Source of the DNA: Ruditapes philippinarum
Taxonomy: Eukaryota
NCBI RefSeq assembly: GCF_026571515.1
Contig: NW_026864086.1
Span: 124,001-188,000 of the forward strand
DNA: 64,000 nt
Reading direction: 5' to 3'
The position numbers and the translations under genes are program-made. Shown one piece after another: positions 14,992 through 28,704 of the stretch. How positions within the stretch are numbered: position 1 is the stretch's first letter; each line of letters opens with the position of its first letter. The notes under the pieces were generated by a model. It ran no database searches. It saw only the letters and a list, made by a program, of their open reading frames with translations, and was not told where the DNA came from.

Positions 14992-15093
14992 ATGGATTTA
15001 TTCCAGCATGTGATTCTAGCATCTAGATATGAAATAGACCAAAGCAAGAGCTCGTGTATTGTTAGGCATCGGACAAAAGGAAAACAACACAAG
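14992..15093 (+). CDS. putative first coding exon, family B copy 1 (MDLFQHVILASRYEIDQSKSSCIVRHRTKGKQHK), product unknown
   Basis: acaATGg start context, 34 open codons, AAG|GTATTT donor-like site. Protein-level conservation with two paralogues. Confidence 0.45.
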
Positions 15094-16236
15094 GTATTTC
15101 AAACTTGTTTTTCTTTTTTATTTTTTTACCATATAAATGTACTAATTTAGGCATTTTTTTCTTTTTTTTAGTATTATAAAGAATTCAAACAACAATTTAT
15201 AGAAAAAGATTAAAGCAAAGAAAAGTTTACAAAACTAAAATAATTTATTCAAATGATATTCAATTTTAGTACAAATTATAGGAAATTTAGGAATGTTAGT
15301 TAAACGCACTGTTGGTTTCTCATAAATGAATTATCTTTGTGTTTCAATGAATGTAAAGGCAATTTAATATTACAATTCTAAAAATTATTTATGAGTTGCC
15401 GAAGTCAAAATTATAAAAATTGTATATCAAAATTTCTGATATACACAATAAACGATTACTTTAAAATTACCATATAAACTACCCCCTCCCTACAGAACAA
15501 AACAAAAAGAAAACACATAATAAGATACATTTCTTTAAAAACTGTAATACCAATTTCTGCTTTCTTCATATAAGTTGCATTATTGTAAAGATTAAAGTGG
15601 GACATTTTCGTGATAAGTGAACTTTTTACATTATTTTTTGAATGAAATATGAAAACAGTGATTTTTACTGAATTTCTCGAGATAAAGGTATCGTATATAC
15701 CACTGAAGGAAATCATAACACTGAATTAGGGAAATCTCTATTATAATACAGAATAGTTGGTTAAAAGAAGTTCAAGAGAGGTTATTAATTAATTCAATGA
15801 TATTTCCCCTCCTCGGATCTGGTATACACGCTTCGCGTTCCACGAATGTCTATTAGAAATAACGACAATAACCAATAAAAACACTGATTGTTAGGGCTTA
15901 GTTCACGTATAGATGTTTTTCAATTTCAAACGATAATAACACTTTTCATGTGATTAAGAATAGCTAATAATGTTTATACAACTTCTAAAATGGAGCTGTG
16001 GTAAGCTGCTAGCTCCAAAAGATACAATTAAATATCAGCAATAAATATCCCCTACAACCATTGTATTTATAACACTAAGGTGGGCGCGAATATTCTAAAT
16101 ACAATTCAAATAAGGAGGTATTTTTTTGCATCAGTGAAAGCGGTTTGTATATTGTTGGACCGTTACATTATTACAGAAATTATATATGAAATAAATTAAC
16201 GCGAGCAATGTCAACAAGGTTTAAAAATGAAAATAT

Positions 16237-16605
16237 TGAGTCTGTTCATGAGAAAAAAATGGAAAGTGCAACATCTCTCCCGCATCCTAGCACCGAGTTA
16301 AGTAGTATTCGACATTTATAACGAATCGTTATCCCGAAGGACCACACAAATATAATAACATCAAAGTGAAGCACGTGGCATCTACAGTACCTCAGTTGAA
16401 ACCTTCTGTTGTGAGTATACAAATCCTGGAGAAAAAGGGTTATCCCTCGAGAGGTGATCCTACGAGAGGTGATCCTACGAGTGCAATGAAAACAAAATTT
16501 AAAGTTAAAATCGCCAACTTGGTTTGATTGAGCCTGCTTATGGGTGATAATATAATGCACAACATATAGACCCCCTAGCACCGCCAAAGGCAGTATTCAA
16601 TATTC
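16237..16605 (-). ncRNA. two tandem element A copies about 285 bp apart
   Basis: Cores at about 16285 and 16575. tccTTCGgga tetraloop hairpin at 16332-16341 (minus strand). Confidence 0.4.
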
Positions 16606-19600
16606 AACACAGTCAAGTATTAGAATCAATGATCCCAAAGTTCTTCTTAATACGAATTCAAATAGGAAATACAATATATATTTATTCTTGCCTCATACAG
16701 ATTGATAAATAAATATACAGTAAAATAAAAAGTTGTTCCAATTTACTGTCTTTGCTTTGCATTATCTGCGGAAATTTGTGACCCCTGCGGTGTGTTAATA
16801 TAGAATTAATGTAATGCTAACTAATTTTAATTTTTCCTGTTCTGCAATATAGCTCATACTAAATTGTACAAGGAGTTGTGGTTAAATGTAATGATATATT
16901 ATTACATTAGTCAGGTTTTTATTACAAAAAAACAACAACAATAACAACAACATTTAAAAGTTATAAGACCAGGAAAGATGTAAGAAAAAAAACAGTTGCT
17001 ATTGAAGTGTTTAAGATTTTGTGTGAAACCAAACTGATTTATGAAAATCTGTAAACAGTACAATTTATAAGATCTTGTTAACGGAAGTTCAAGTGAGGTT
17101 ATTAATTAATTCAATGATGCTTTTCTCTCAGAGCCTGTAGAAGTGTTATATCTGGAGCGTTTAAAAGTAATCAACCACTATAACCACTGATTATATCAGA
17201 AACTTTGCGTTCATAAAGGAATATTTGTGTGCTACCATAATTCGACGTATAGTGCGTAAAAGCTTAAGTTATCTTTGAAATAAGAAGAACGATAACTGAA
17301 ATAGTTTTTTTAGTATATATTAAAGTTATTTCATCCTTTATACCTTATAAATGATACTTAAATGAACAATGTGTTAGTCCCTTAGTGACTATTTTAAGTA
17401 TACACAATGTATTTAGAGCTAGACTGAATTGAATGCGTATGTTATTTGCATTACTATTTCTTATTTAAGTTATTTTCTAAGATATTTACGGTAAAAATAA
17501 GTTTTATCCGACCAAACCCAAATACAAACCATTGTTATTAGACCTTATTATAATTTAAATTTAAAGGACTAAATCCCCATTTATTCAACATTTTTAACAT
17601 AACATAATTTAAGTTGTATAAGTTTAATGCAGTCTTCAATATTTTTAGAATATTGATTCCTAAAATCGGCAAAATTACGAAAGAAAGAGAAATAGATATA
17701 AATAAGTTGGAAAAAATAGCTCCTATATTTCCCATTACTTTCATTCGCATTGCAAAGTTTAATTAAAACTGCGACACACCGCTGTGTTTATATAGAAAGA
17801 AAACATACTGAATCTGTTAAACTAATTAATATCCGCTTCATCTTTGAAAGAAAATTTCTATACCACAAATATCTGTGGTATATTCAAATGTATTATATAT
17901 TGTTGATATTTAAAAATATCAATAAGATATAATTATATATATGTTCATTTGATGATGCGTTTCAAAAAGAACATTGCTTGAAAGCTAACATAAACACTAA
18001 ATAAATCCAAGATATAAGCCTTAAGAAATTATACTTCTTCTAAGAAAATTCTTCTTTTTGAACTTACAATTTTGCAAAGAACGCTATAAGCATTTAAAAA
18101 AGCATTTTGTAAATACAAACGTAAAATACTTGCGCGTTAAAAGGAAATTGAATAATGTTATAATAAAGATATGTTTCCTTGATTCAAGCACATCCCTCCA
18201 GTATCTTTCGAACAAAGGTATATCATAGACAAGGAGCCCCGATAGGATGTAGTACAAGTTCTAATGAAATTGCTATTGCATTTTTAGTGGAAGTTAAGAC
18301 ACAAAGGTTACTGATAATAATAAGCTGCTTTTTGAATGACTGAATCATTGTGATATTTATGTTTATCTAAACAGTGGTTACATAGAAAAATGAATATATA
18401 TAACTAACTATAATGTTATCTAGGTTGTGTGATTAAATGTTCTTTGTTTATTTTGTTTAACAATAATTCATTTTGTTAAAGTCATATTCTAATTCTTTAC
18501 TATATCATGAGTTAATAATTGCTCATATATAGATGATTTAACTTTAGAAACGTTGATTTTTGTTTTGTCAAAAAACAACAAACAAACAAACACAAAACAA
18601 ACAACAACAAACAAAAACAAGAATCAAAATACTGAGTAACAAATAATATTGCATGATATACATCAATTATTTGACATGAAATTATACTAGGAAAGTTATT
18701 TGGAAAAGATAAACTTTATAGTTTCTATTTATAAACGTACCATCTTGGCAAAATCGTTCAGATTCATCGATATTGTCATTAATCAAGATAAAATTTTACG
18801 ACCACAGCCGTCACGTTATATTGTGAACAATTTATTTTACGACATGCCTACAAGAAAATACTCGATTATGCATATCATGTTTCAAATTAAAAAAAATATT
18901 TATAATTGGCAAAAAAAGACACCCGTCTTATTTTATGCCTCTTTGTACATTATATGTTTTTGCAATCTGAAATTGCACATTTAAGCTCAACATTTTCAGT
19001 TAGCATTAGAATATTTAAAACACCATTTTCCTAGACATTTTCCAGGGTGTCGTTGCTAATCTTTTGTATATTATCTCAAATAATTAAGAATCTGAATGAA
19101 TTTCTTTATGTTTTTCTTGTCCTTTGAGACTTGCATTGTTCTGCTCAATAAGTTTTATTTTAAACGCTTAAATTACTAAAGTGATGGCAAGAGGGGTGTG
19201 AGACAAGTCGTACTTCCATTATCTCATATTAAGATTTTCAGTGCAGCAAAGTCCGCAATTTTATATATTATTTATGTTGTTCTTTGAATATGTTTATTTA
19301 CAATGTATTTACATATACATTTGTTGAAAGACAATAAGTTAAACCCGAATATATACTGACATACAACAAAAAGGTCCGATTTAACAAAATTAATGTAGCC
19401 AAAAGTATCAATTATTCACGAGATTACCTGTCAATACATTTCCTTTTTTTTGCATCTTCTTTTAGTGTGAATATAGGATAGGGTGATGTGAGGGATATTC
19501 CTATTACCATTAAGCTGTTTATTTACTACAATGCCAGCATGAAATGTTAAATACCATCTGGTGAACATAGGATAAATCTGCCTGTAAACAGTCTTAAATT

Positions 19601-20249
19601 CATACGCAAAAATAATGCGAAAGTGCTTTCAGTATAAAACGAAAACGTTTTACATTTTAAGCATTAGGTGTATGCTACGAAACGAGTAGAATTAGATTTT
19701 CACAGATGTATTCATCCTTGTATTAATGTTAATAATTGTTGCCCTTCTGCGATCTAATTTAAATTTTAGATTGAGATAGTTTTTATTACCTATTTATACT
19801 CCTACAAATTTCCTTTAGTTTAATAATTGTGGGATATAATAAAACGGATACACTCAGGTCAAATGATACTTTAATTTGAAAACATATTTCTTGTATTTAC
19901 ACCTACAAGCTTCCTTGAAATGGAAAGCAACTTCTTTTGCCCTACGCAGTTTGCGCATGCGCTAATCTGGACTTCCGTTGTCAGGCAAATTTCGTAGCGT
20001 AAAAAGGTATATAGCTTAATTATTGTAATATAAAGTAAAACGGATAAACTTTCACTTATTTGCTTAATAGCGAATGCCAATTCTAAATGATACAAGAGGG
20101 ATATAAATTCTAATCCGAGATGTGTAATGACACACTGTTCAAAGCTATGATAAATTAATATGGATAATAAGCAACAATTATCAAAAGATTTAATCATATA
20201 ACTTAAATTGAAACGGGTACTGGTTACATTAAATAACAATTTTGAAGCA

Positions 20250-20351
20250 ATGGTATTATTCCAGCACGTGGTTTTATCATCACGTTATGAAGTTGATCAA
20301 CACAATAGCTCATACCATCTCAGGCACAGAACAACAAATAACCGGGACAAG
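20250..20351 (+). CDS. putative first coding exon, family B copy 2 (MVLFQHVVLSSRYEVDQHNSSYHLRHRTTNNRDK)
   Basis: gcaATGg, 34 open codons, AAG|GTTTCT. Synonymous double changes versus copy 1 (aga/cgt, cgg/aga). Confidence 0.45.
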
Positions 20352-20984
20352 GTTTCTTGAAATTAAATCTTATATTTATATTTAGATCATCACAAATTGA
20401 GAGGATTGATTGATTGAAATTTTAAATGAATTTATCTGTTAAATTTCAGATTAAAACTTGTTGTTTTTTTTTAATTTATTTAATCAAGCAATAAAGGAGA
20501 TTTGTTGAAAATCAAATTACGTTCATTAAAAATAGTTTGAAGTCAAGATTGCAAACAAATCCATAACATATCATTACATTTTCCGCCAGTTTTTTATGTT
20601 TCACAATTTCTCAGTAATCTGCTGTAATAGTTTTCCATAATACCATTAATTCAAAGTCAACCCAATAACAAATATACACCATAGGAAGTAAATGTTGATG
20701 GTTATATATCTTTTAAAAGCAATAACTTTTAACGTTTTCGGCAATAAGTGTTTCAACATTTTTAATGGGCTGTTATAATAAATAAGCTACATCAAGCTAC
20801 AAACAACAATAGCAAAAAAAGCAATGATATGCTTCAATATGATTATATTGAAAACGAGGGAAATTTATCATAACCACTTAAAAGAAGTTCAAGTGAGTCT
20901 ATCAATTAATTCAATAATGCCTTTCTTCGGATCCTGTGTATTTGCTTTATTTTGAGTGTTCAAAAGAAGATAACCGCTATAACC

Positions 20985-21262
20985 GCTGGTGGTTTGGCTT
21001 ATATTTAGCTGATCTGCTGGTGGTTTGGCTTATATTTAGCTGATCTGCTGGTGGTTTGGCTTATATTTAGCTGATCTGCTGGTGGTTTGGCTTATATTTA
21101 GCTGATCTGCTGGTGGTTTGGCTTATATTTAGCTGATCTGCTGGTGGTTTGGCTTATATTTAGCTGATCTGCTGGTGGTTTGGCTTATATTTAGCTGATC
21201 TGCTGGTGGTTTGGCTTATATTTAGCTGATCTGCTGGTGGTTTGGCTTATATTTAGCTGATC
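20985..21262. repeat. perfect 31-bp minisatellite, 9 copies
   Basis: (gctggtggtttggcttatatttagctgatct)x9, no mismatches seen; the last copy lacks its final base. Confidence 0.97.
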
Positions 21263-21274
21263 AGCGCTCAAAAG

Positions 21275-21574
21275 TCAATATTTGTGTTGTCCTACCATTT
21301 AACTTAAGGAGCGTTATAGTAGTGGCAACAAAAACAATCAAAGGGCTGCAGCTCTATGGTATTTTCTGATTTTTGCAATCTAAATCATACTGACTATCTG
21401 TATGTACTTTCCTGTATAAGTTTATTTTTATATACTATAATTCATCTTACTTTTGATTTTCTTCTATAACAGTTTGAGATTGATACATATGGAATTTCCA
21501 TGAAAAAAAAATCAATATTTGTGTTGTCCTACCATTTAACTTAAGGAGCGTTATAGTAGTGGCAACAAAAACAA
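21275..21574. repeat. 63-bp exact direct repeat flanking a 174-bp A-tailed insert
   Basis: tcaatatttgtgttgtcc...ggcaacaaaaacaa at 21275-21337 and 21512-21574. Confidence 0.9.
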
Positions 21575-21873
21575 AAACTGTATCATATATGATTTATTTG
21601 GATTCAATCAAGTTCTTTTATATATACGAGATGCAAAATTAAGTATTGATATGCCTGTCTTAAAATTGTTTTTAATGTTTAAAAGATGTACTTATAGTCA
21701 GTTGGTATAGAATATTTGTTCTCTAAATTACATGTATTGCTTATTCCAAGTCTAAAGTGATTATGAATTAAAACATTAGAAATATCAAAATAGTGTATAA
21801 TTTTGTGGATTCACATTCGCGGTGCCATTAAACAAATATCTCTTAGTTTTTAATCCATATTGTCGAAAGAACA

Positions 21874-21975
21874 ATGGAATTATTCCAACATTGGTTGTTT
21901 GTGTCTAAACATGATATACAATGGTCAAAGAGACATTGTATGGTTAGACAGCGGAGATTGGGAACCAGACAAAAG
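21874..21975 (+). CDS. putative first coding exon, family B copy 3 (MELFQHWLFVSKHDIQWSKRHCMVRQRRLGTRQK)
   Basis: acaATGg, 34 open codons, AAG|GTATAA. Same length as copies 1 and 2. Confidence 0.4.
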
Positions 21976-22436
21976 GTATAAAAATTATTTTATCTGATGA
22001 AATGTTTAACACTCGATACATTTTGATGAAAAAACAAAAAAGAACAAAAACAAAAACATTTGAACAAACAAACATCATCTGACATTATCGTGTCTGGCAA
22101 GTGAATCAAGTAAATTTTACAGAAAATAAACAATACAAATTTCGAAATAATCTGCAATTTCTAAATCAAATCTGAAAAGCTGAATTAACCATTTGGCACA
22201 TACATATTTTGGTCAATCACTTTAATTTAACGATGCACATGGACTGAAATGTAAATCTAATTATTGTCTTATTTTGACCTTGTGCAATACAAATTCATAT
22301 CTCAAGGTTTCCCTTTCTTTTTATTTTCCTTTTCTCTTACTTTTATAGAAAATGTACAAAAAGGCACAGCCATATCTTGTCAAATCAACTCTACTTTAAT
22401 AGATTTACTTTAAAACAGATATATTTAAACAATTGA

Positions 22437-23500
22437 TACAATCGCAACTACGCAATTGTGAAATGCAATTATATATTTTCACAAAACAGTTATTAAAAAT
22501 CTCATAATAATTCCCACTAATCGCATAATGTACTGCTAAATTCGCACAATACATTTCAATTGTCGGACAATACTGTTAGGTAATCGCGAAATGTATCTTG
22601 ATAATAGCTCAGTGCATAATCGTATATAACCACATAATTCAGTCTTAAAATCGCATTAAGCATCTTAAATAAGAATACATGTATACAATGGCATAGATAC
22701 ACTCGCAAATGAAGTTAGACAGTACAAAAAAGTAATAATGCACTCGTCAAAATAAAGTTTTACAAATCACAACATACAGTGATTCGACCGCAAAATACAG
22801 TTATGCAGTCGCAGAATACAGTGATGCAATCGTAAAATACAGTTAAACAATTGCAAAATATAGCGATGCACGCGCAAAATACAGTAATGTAATCGCAAGT
22901 AGTGATGCATTCGCAAAATACGTTATACAATCGTAAAATACAGTAGTCGCAAAAAGTAGCAGTGATGCACACGCAAAATGTAGTTTTGCAGCCGCTAAAA
23001 AGAATTACACAACCACGTATTTCATATACCGTCATACAATAACATAACACACTTATATTACAACAGAACAATAAAGTTTTACAATAGAAACACAAACACT
23101 TATATAATCGCTCAAAGCTTTTTTACGATCGTACAATACACATTTATACACTCTTTTAAGATTAGTTGTCAAAACGTCTGCAGTTATAACGATCGGACAG
23201 TGCAGTTATACCGTTGCACAATCATAAAAATCACTGCAATCATAAAAACAATCACACAATGCAGTTATAAACACCACCACAAATGCATTTATAAATAAAA
23301 TCGCAAAATGCAGTTATGAATACAATTTTAAAATGCAGTTATACATACACCGCCCAGTACTAATTTATACAATCGCACAATGCAGTCAATACATTCGGAC
23401 AATGAAGATTACAATCGCACATTGCAATTATACAATCGCACAATGCAAATGCAATTATACAATCGCACACTACAGTAATACAATCACCAATGTAGTTATA
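22437..23500. repeat. degenerate 21-bp satellite
   Basis: Recurrent caatcgcaaaatacagttata / caatcgcacaatgcagttata units. This explains the Cys-rich ORF 22760-23095. Confidence 0.85.
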
Positions 23501-26500
23501 TGAAACTTCTGTGTAAATAAGGCGTACGGGTCTATATGTTTAGTAATCTAGCCGATTTTATATACATTGAACTGGTTTAAATTTATCCTGTATGCCGGAA
23601 TTTGATCTTATTAGAATTATGTCCCGCTCTTTTGTTCGAGAGATAGTTATTTCTTCTGCGTGATGACAAGATAATTCGTGTTCGTCTGCAAGGCAGTGTT
23701 TCAGTTGATAGAAACTGTAAAGTACAAATGCATGCTGGGTGTTCTTAAATTGCGCATTAACTTTATGGGACAAAATGCATTATTTTTTGCTACAAAGTAG
23801 GTCAGACAGTCTTGTAAATTGGCAACTGCATCACGATGACGTCATACGCTTGCTAATAACAACGTCACACTTTCTGGCAATTCACACGCTCTGTGAGTAG
23901 TACTTTTTGTAGTAACGCCAATGTCGGGCCATTATCACTTAAATATGTTCCAAGATGTAAGCGGTGTTCAATTACTCAGCTAAATTAACTTTGACAGGTA
24001 CTTCAATTTCGGAACCTCTTGATGGGTTTGATAGGTTTTCCAGGAGGCGTTCAGGAAATAATTGTACTCGATAGCACTTATGTATAGAAATCATAAGGAG
24101 ATTGCGGTTTCTTGTTGTAAAAGAGAAGTCACTTAAAATCTCTTTATATTCTCAAAATAGGATTGCTTTTTTTACTCCTTTATTTCAAGCAACAAAGCTT
24201 ATGGCTATTTTGATATGTTTATATAAATACTACAAGAAAAGTTTTGTTTTTGTTTTTCATCAAATACATGATTGTATGCCAAAAAGTAACGCTTCCGAAC
24301 AGTTTTCATGTAAACCTTTGTTGAGAAGAGTTTTTGTTAACTATTAATCTCTTATATAAATGGATATGTCAAGCTTTCATTTTTTAAATTGTTAATATTA
24401 CCGACTTTGAAAATATCAAGATAAAAATTTAAAGTTGGTCAGACAACAATCTGGTCACGTGACACAGATGTACATACTGTCCTGGCCCTATACCGGTAGT
24501 AAATGCTACTCATTTTTAGGTTTCTCCGGGAAAAAGTTAATTGTTAGTACTTAAAACTGAAATAAGATTAAAAAAAACGCAGATATCAAATTATTTTAAG
24601 TGATTCCTCGAACGTTTCAAATATAATAAAATCGTTGTAGAAATTTTTTTTGCAAGAAATTCAGTACTTCAGATACTTGAAAATCATGCGTTAGTTATAT
24701 TCTAATGAATACTGATATAATATCTATTTTTGTATGCATAAACGCATCTTACATTAAACGAAATATATCTTAAATTTAACAAAATGATGTCTTGTTCAGG
24801 GAAACAAATTAATTAATATACCAATTGTACATTGGCAAAAATAATATAATGAATTAAGTGCGTTAAAATGTGTGTAAAAGTGTTTTTGAAAAATATACGT
24901 TGTTGCATACAACAAAGGAATTCATTAACATATCAAAGAAATAAAGTTATTTGAAAAATAAAACCGTAAAATAATGAACATTATTAATATAAAAAGGGTG
25001 TTAAAATTAAATTTCTGCAAACGAGATGGCAACATTTATAACAAAAAAGAACATATTTTATCTTAATTTTGTACAAAATTGTAAATTCCTTGACTACGGT
25101 ATCAGATACCAGAATTATCTTTAAAAAAGATACTTTGCCGAAGTAAAATTCCTGTTACATGTACTTAAAATTTTCCTGTCGGATTTTTGGATTTCATGAG
25201 TAAATGTTAGCCGTGCCTGTTTGATAATTTAATAACGACAGTAATTACTTGTGCAAATTCAAACTTGTGATTGCAAAAGGTTTTGCAAGACTCTCAGTAG
25301 GGTTTTTCAATCAAACTGCACGAAGAGTAGACGCGAAATTACCACCCAGAACATAAAATGTACCCCCAGAATCTACCTTTGGATGTTGAATATATTTTCA
25401 TTCGACTCAATTTGTCTTTGACCAAATGTTTCATGGGCCATTTTACATCTAAAGAGAAATGCTTAAGCAAGTGAAATTTAATCAAATCGAAATTTTAAAG
25501 AAAGAACTGTGTTATCTAAAAATACTTTTGATAAACAGTTAAAATTGACAAACCATTTAATCGTTGTCATTTATATGAATTCTAAAAAAATGAATTTTAT
25601 ATCAGTTGAACACATAAATTTCTTATTTTGACAAAAAAAAACAAACAAAAAAAACCCCTAAGATTACTTAATAAATTCTTGTTTTGAGTGTGTTTTCGTT
25701 ATTTTTATGCGCATAAGTTTACGGGACTGTAAACGTTATTGAAGGTGATTTTCGACAAAATGTATAAATCAATGATAATATCTTAAAAAGTAATTAAAAA
25801 TAATTTGTGCAAAGAAATATGTTTAAACACAATTAATAAAACACACACTGAACTAGAAAGTGAAAGAACATAAATATCTGACAAACTTAAGAAGAATGCT
25901 TGTTTCCGGAACTTCTTTAGATTCATTAAAAATTAGACGCAAAAACCATTTCAAAAAGATCCTTTATATTAGTTTTTCTTGTTTTAAAATGGCAAATGAG
26001 GTTCTCAGATATCAGTTTGTAATTTTAAAATTGTCGATGAAAACTCTAATAATATTCAGTTCTTCCTTAATTACAGGACGTCAAATTGATTTTAGACAGT
26101 TTCCGGTTGAAAAAAAGTACTCAAAACGATAGTATAACCTTTCAAATTGATCAAATGGTATAACAAAATTCGACACACAGGAAATAGGTACACAATAAGC
26201 CTTTACAATACCATCTGGACGTGCACATGCTGTTGGATCAGTAGGTAACCACCGTCTGGCCCTGACCCCCTTTTCTGGCATTACATCAATAACACAGTGT
26301 GCATTGGCCTGTTTTCTTCACGGATCCGTTTACATATCGCGTCTGAGTATTTCCAGTGGCTGTTCTTGTAATTATCCCTGCTGGGTAATAGTTCCAAATA
26401 ACAAGTGGTTTTGTGGGAAATCTTCAAAGACCACCTGTAATACAAACAGTATCTTTCGTCTCTCATAAGCGCTTACACTTTCTCAACTCGACCTAAAAAA

Positions 26501-27229
26501 TCTATCTTGCAACTAAACAATATTTCTTTCAAGTTTTTAATGTACCCATAACTTATAACTAGACAGACAACAAAACACGGTGATGACTTTACCATCGTTT
26601 CTATTAACGATAAGTCTATGCGAATATTAGATATGATTGTTGGTGTCACACCCTGAAAAAAGTGAAACAATTGAAAAGATTGTAATACGAAAGCTGAAAA
26701 AGCCTGGGAAAATATTTTACCTGATTGATCTACCGCAAAAACAAATCACGGGAGTCGGGAGTTGTCACTTTCAAACAAACATAATAGTAAAAATACCTGA
26801 AAATAACAGATGTTGATTCTATTATGAAGATTTAATGACTTTCTTAAGGATGGTGGAAACCAGGTTAAATGTTTGATATAAAAGTGTATTGGAAATTGTT
26901 TATAAACTACAAGTATTGTTTACAATAATAAACAACTAAACAGCTGTTTTACACTTAGCTTGTCATCAAAAGATTTATCACTTCGACGCAATTTTGCTCT
27001 TTTTGTTTGGTTAAGTTAACACAATTTATGTCATATGGCGCAAGAATAGGAAAAATGATTATGGCTAACCTCGTGTGTTACAAACTTTAAGCAACATAAC
27101 GGATCAAAACCACCTCTTCTTCTGCAGCTAAGATATGCATAGACTCCAGTAATTCGAACCCATTTCGTAGCCTCTTGCGATCACGCAGGGGTTAACGGTG
27201 GCTTCGAACATTACTTTTATTAATTACAT

Positions 27230-28200
27230 AAGTCATTCGCCATTGACTATTGATAACATTTTTATGAATAGGGTAAGCAATTTGTCATTGATAATATAAC
27301 CATTATTTTTATCAATAACGTAAGCTTTTCGCCACTGAACGTAAGCCATTTATCAGTGATAATTTCGTAGAAATTTTATCAATTATTATAAAGTTAGCTA
27401 CTAATCATTGAAATTGAAAACTATTGTTATCAACGAAGAAAATTATTTTTATCAATAAAATAGTATTAATTTTCTCAATTGAATAAGCGATTTAACATTG
27501 AAATTGAACATTATTTCTATCAATGAAGTAGTACATAGATAATTATTAAGTATTAAACATAAGTTTTATCAATTGATTTAGACATTTATTTTTGAAAATT
27601 TAATATTAAAGTAAATATTTTATCATTGTAAATTTCATAGCATTTTTTTATCATACATACTATTTTTAAACTATCTATCATTTATTTTTGAACATCATTT
27701 TTATCAATTAAAAGTTAGATCATTAAAATTTCAGATTACTTCTTTATTAATTATTTATAATTGAAATTTGAACATTTTTATTAATAAATAAAAATATGCT
27801 TCGTTCAAGTCTGAACAAAATTTTCATCAATGAAGTGGTTTATTTAGCATAACATATTGAACGTCATTTTTATCAAATTAAGCATCACTTCGTTATTAAT
27901 GATTTATCATTAAAAATTGAGCACAACTTACTCATTATTGATTGAGCATTATTTATTAATCAATGAGTTATCATTGAAAATTGAGCATTATTCATTTATC
28001 GGATGCCGAAATATAGTTCCCCTATATATTTCATTGAAAATTGAGCATTACTAATTTACCAAATTTAAATGATTTGTCATTGAAATCTAAACATTTTTAT
28101 TAATAAAGTAAAGTATTCATTATTCAAAGTTGAACATCATTTTTATCAAAGTTAAAGGAAACTATTTATAATTGAAATTTCAAAAAAAAAAATGAATAAA
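27230..28200. repeat. degenerate AT-rich satellite (ttatcattgaaaattgagcat...ttttatcaat), probably inside an old mobile element
   Basis: The motif recurs at irregular spacing of a few tens of bp. gccgaaatatagttcccctata at about 28005-28026 recurs at about 36240 and 43946. Confidence 0.65.
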
Positions 28201-28669
28201 ATAATGTCTATGTTCGTTATGAACGATTGAAAAACTTACAAATCGAAATGTGTTTATTTCCTTGATGCCTTAATGATAAATATAAATTTACTATCAAAAG
28301 TTGAAATATAAGCTTTTAGGAATATAGAATTCGAAATGTGTAAATTTTCTTTATACCTTTATAATAAATGTACATTAACTTTTAGAAGTTGATAATTATT
28401 GATTACATAATCGATCTTTTTTGTTGTGTTTCCGCATTGTTAGTCTTAAAGGAGAATGCTATTTAAAACAAAACACCCGTTTATTTTTGTCGTAGCCAAC
28501 ATTTCACAAGGTCAAGTTCAGTTCACAATCTTTATTTATTACTACTTTACTTTTCACGACCAATCCAAATAAAATGATAGAAAGGGACCGAAAAGAGGAC
28601 GAAATGAGTGATTTGTTTCATACTATTGGACCATTAATAGGACAAAATCTATTTGTAAAACTCTTGGTG

Positions 28670-28704
28670 ATTCTATTCTATTCTATTATATTCTATTCTA
28701 TTCT
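28670..28704. repeat. (ATTCT)n microsatellite
   Basis: attctattctattctattatattctattctattct. Confidence 0.9.

Larger units (their letters stand above)
14473..21000 (+). repeat. ancient diverged local duplications (14473-15100 ~ 19550-20360; 15760-15900 ~ 17078-17195 ~ 20878-21000)
   Basis: Shared aataccatctgg..aacat.ggat.aatct, attcatacgcaaaaa, cctacaag.ttccttgaaatgga and gaagttcaag.gag...at.aattaattcaat.at. Confidence 0.85.

Noticed and set aside
20985-21262. CRISPR-like repeat length
   Set aside because: Head-to-tail units without spacers, in a eukaryotic context with no cas genes.
22760-23095. Cys-rich 111-aa ORF
   Set aside because: Translation of the 21-bp satellite.
26281-26670. TIR-domain-like fragments (RYCLYYR, SHW, RIREENR)
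   Set aside because: Key RDFxPG and WCxxE motifs are missing; the similarity is by eye only.
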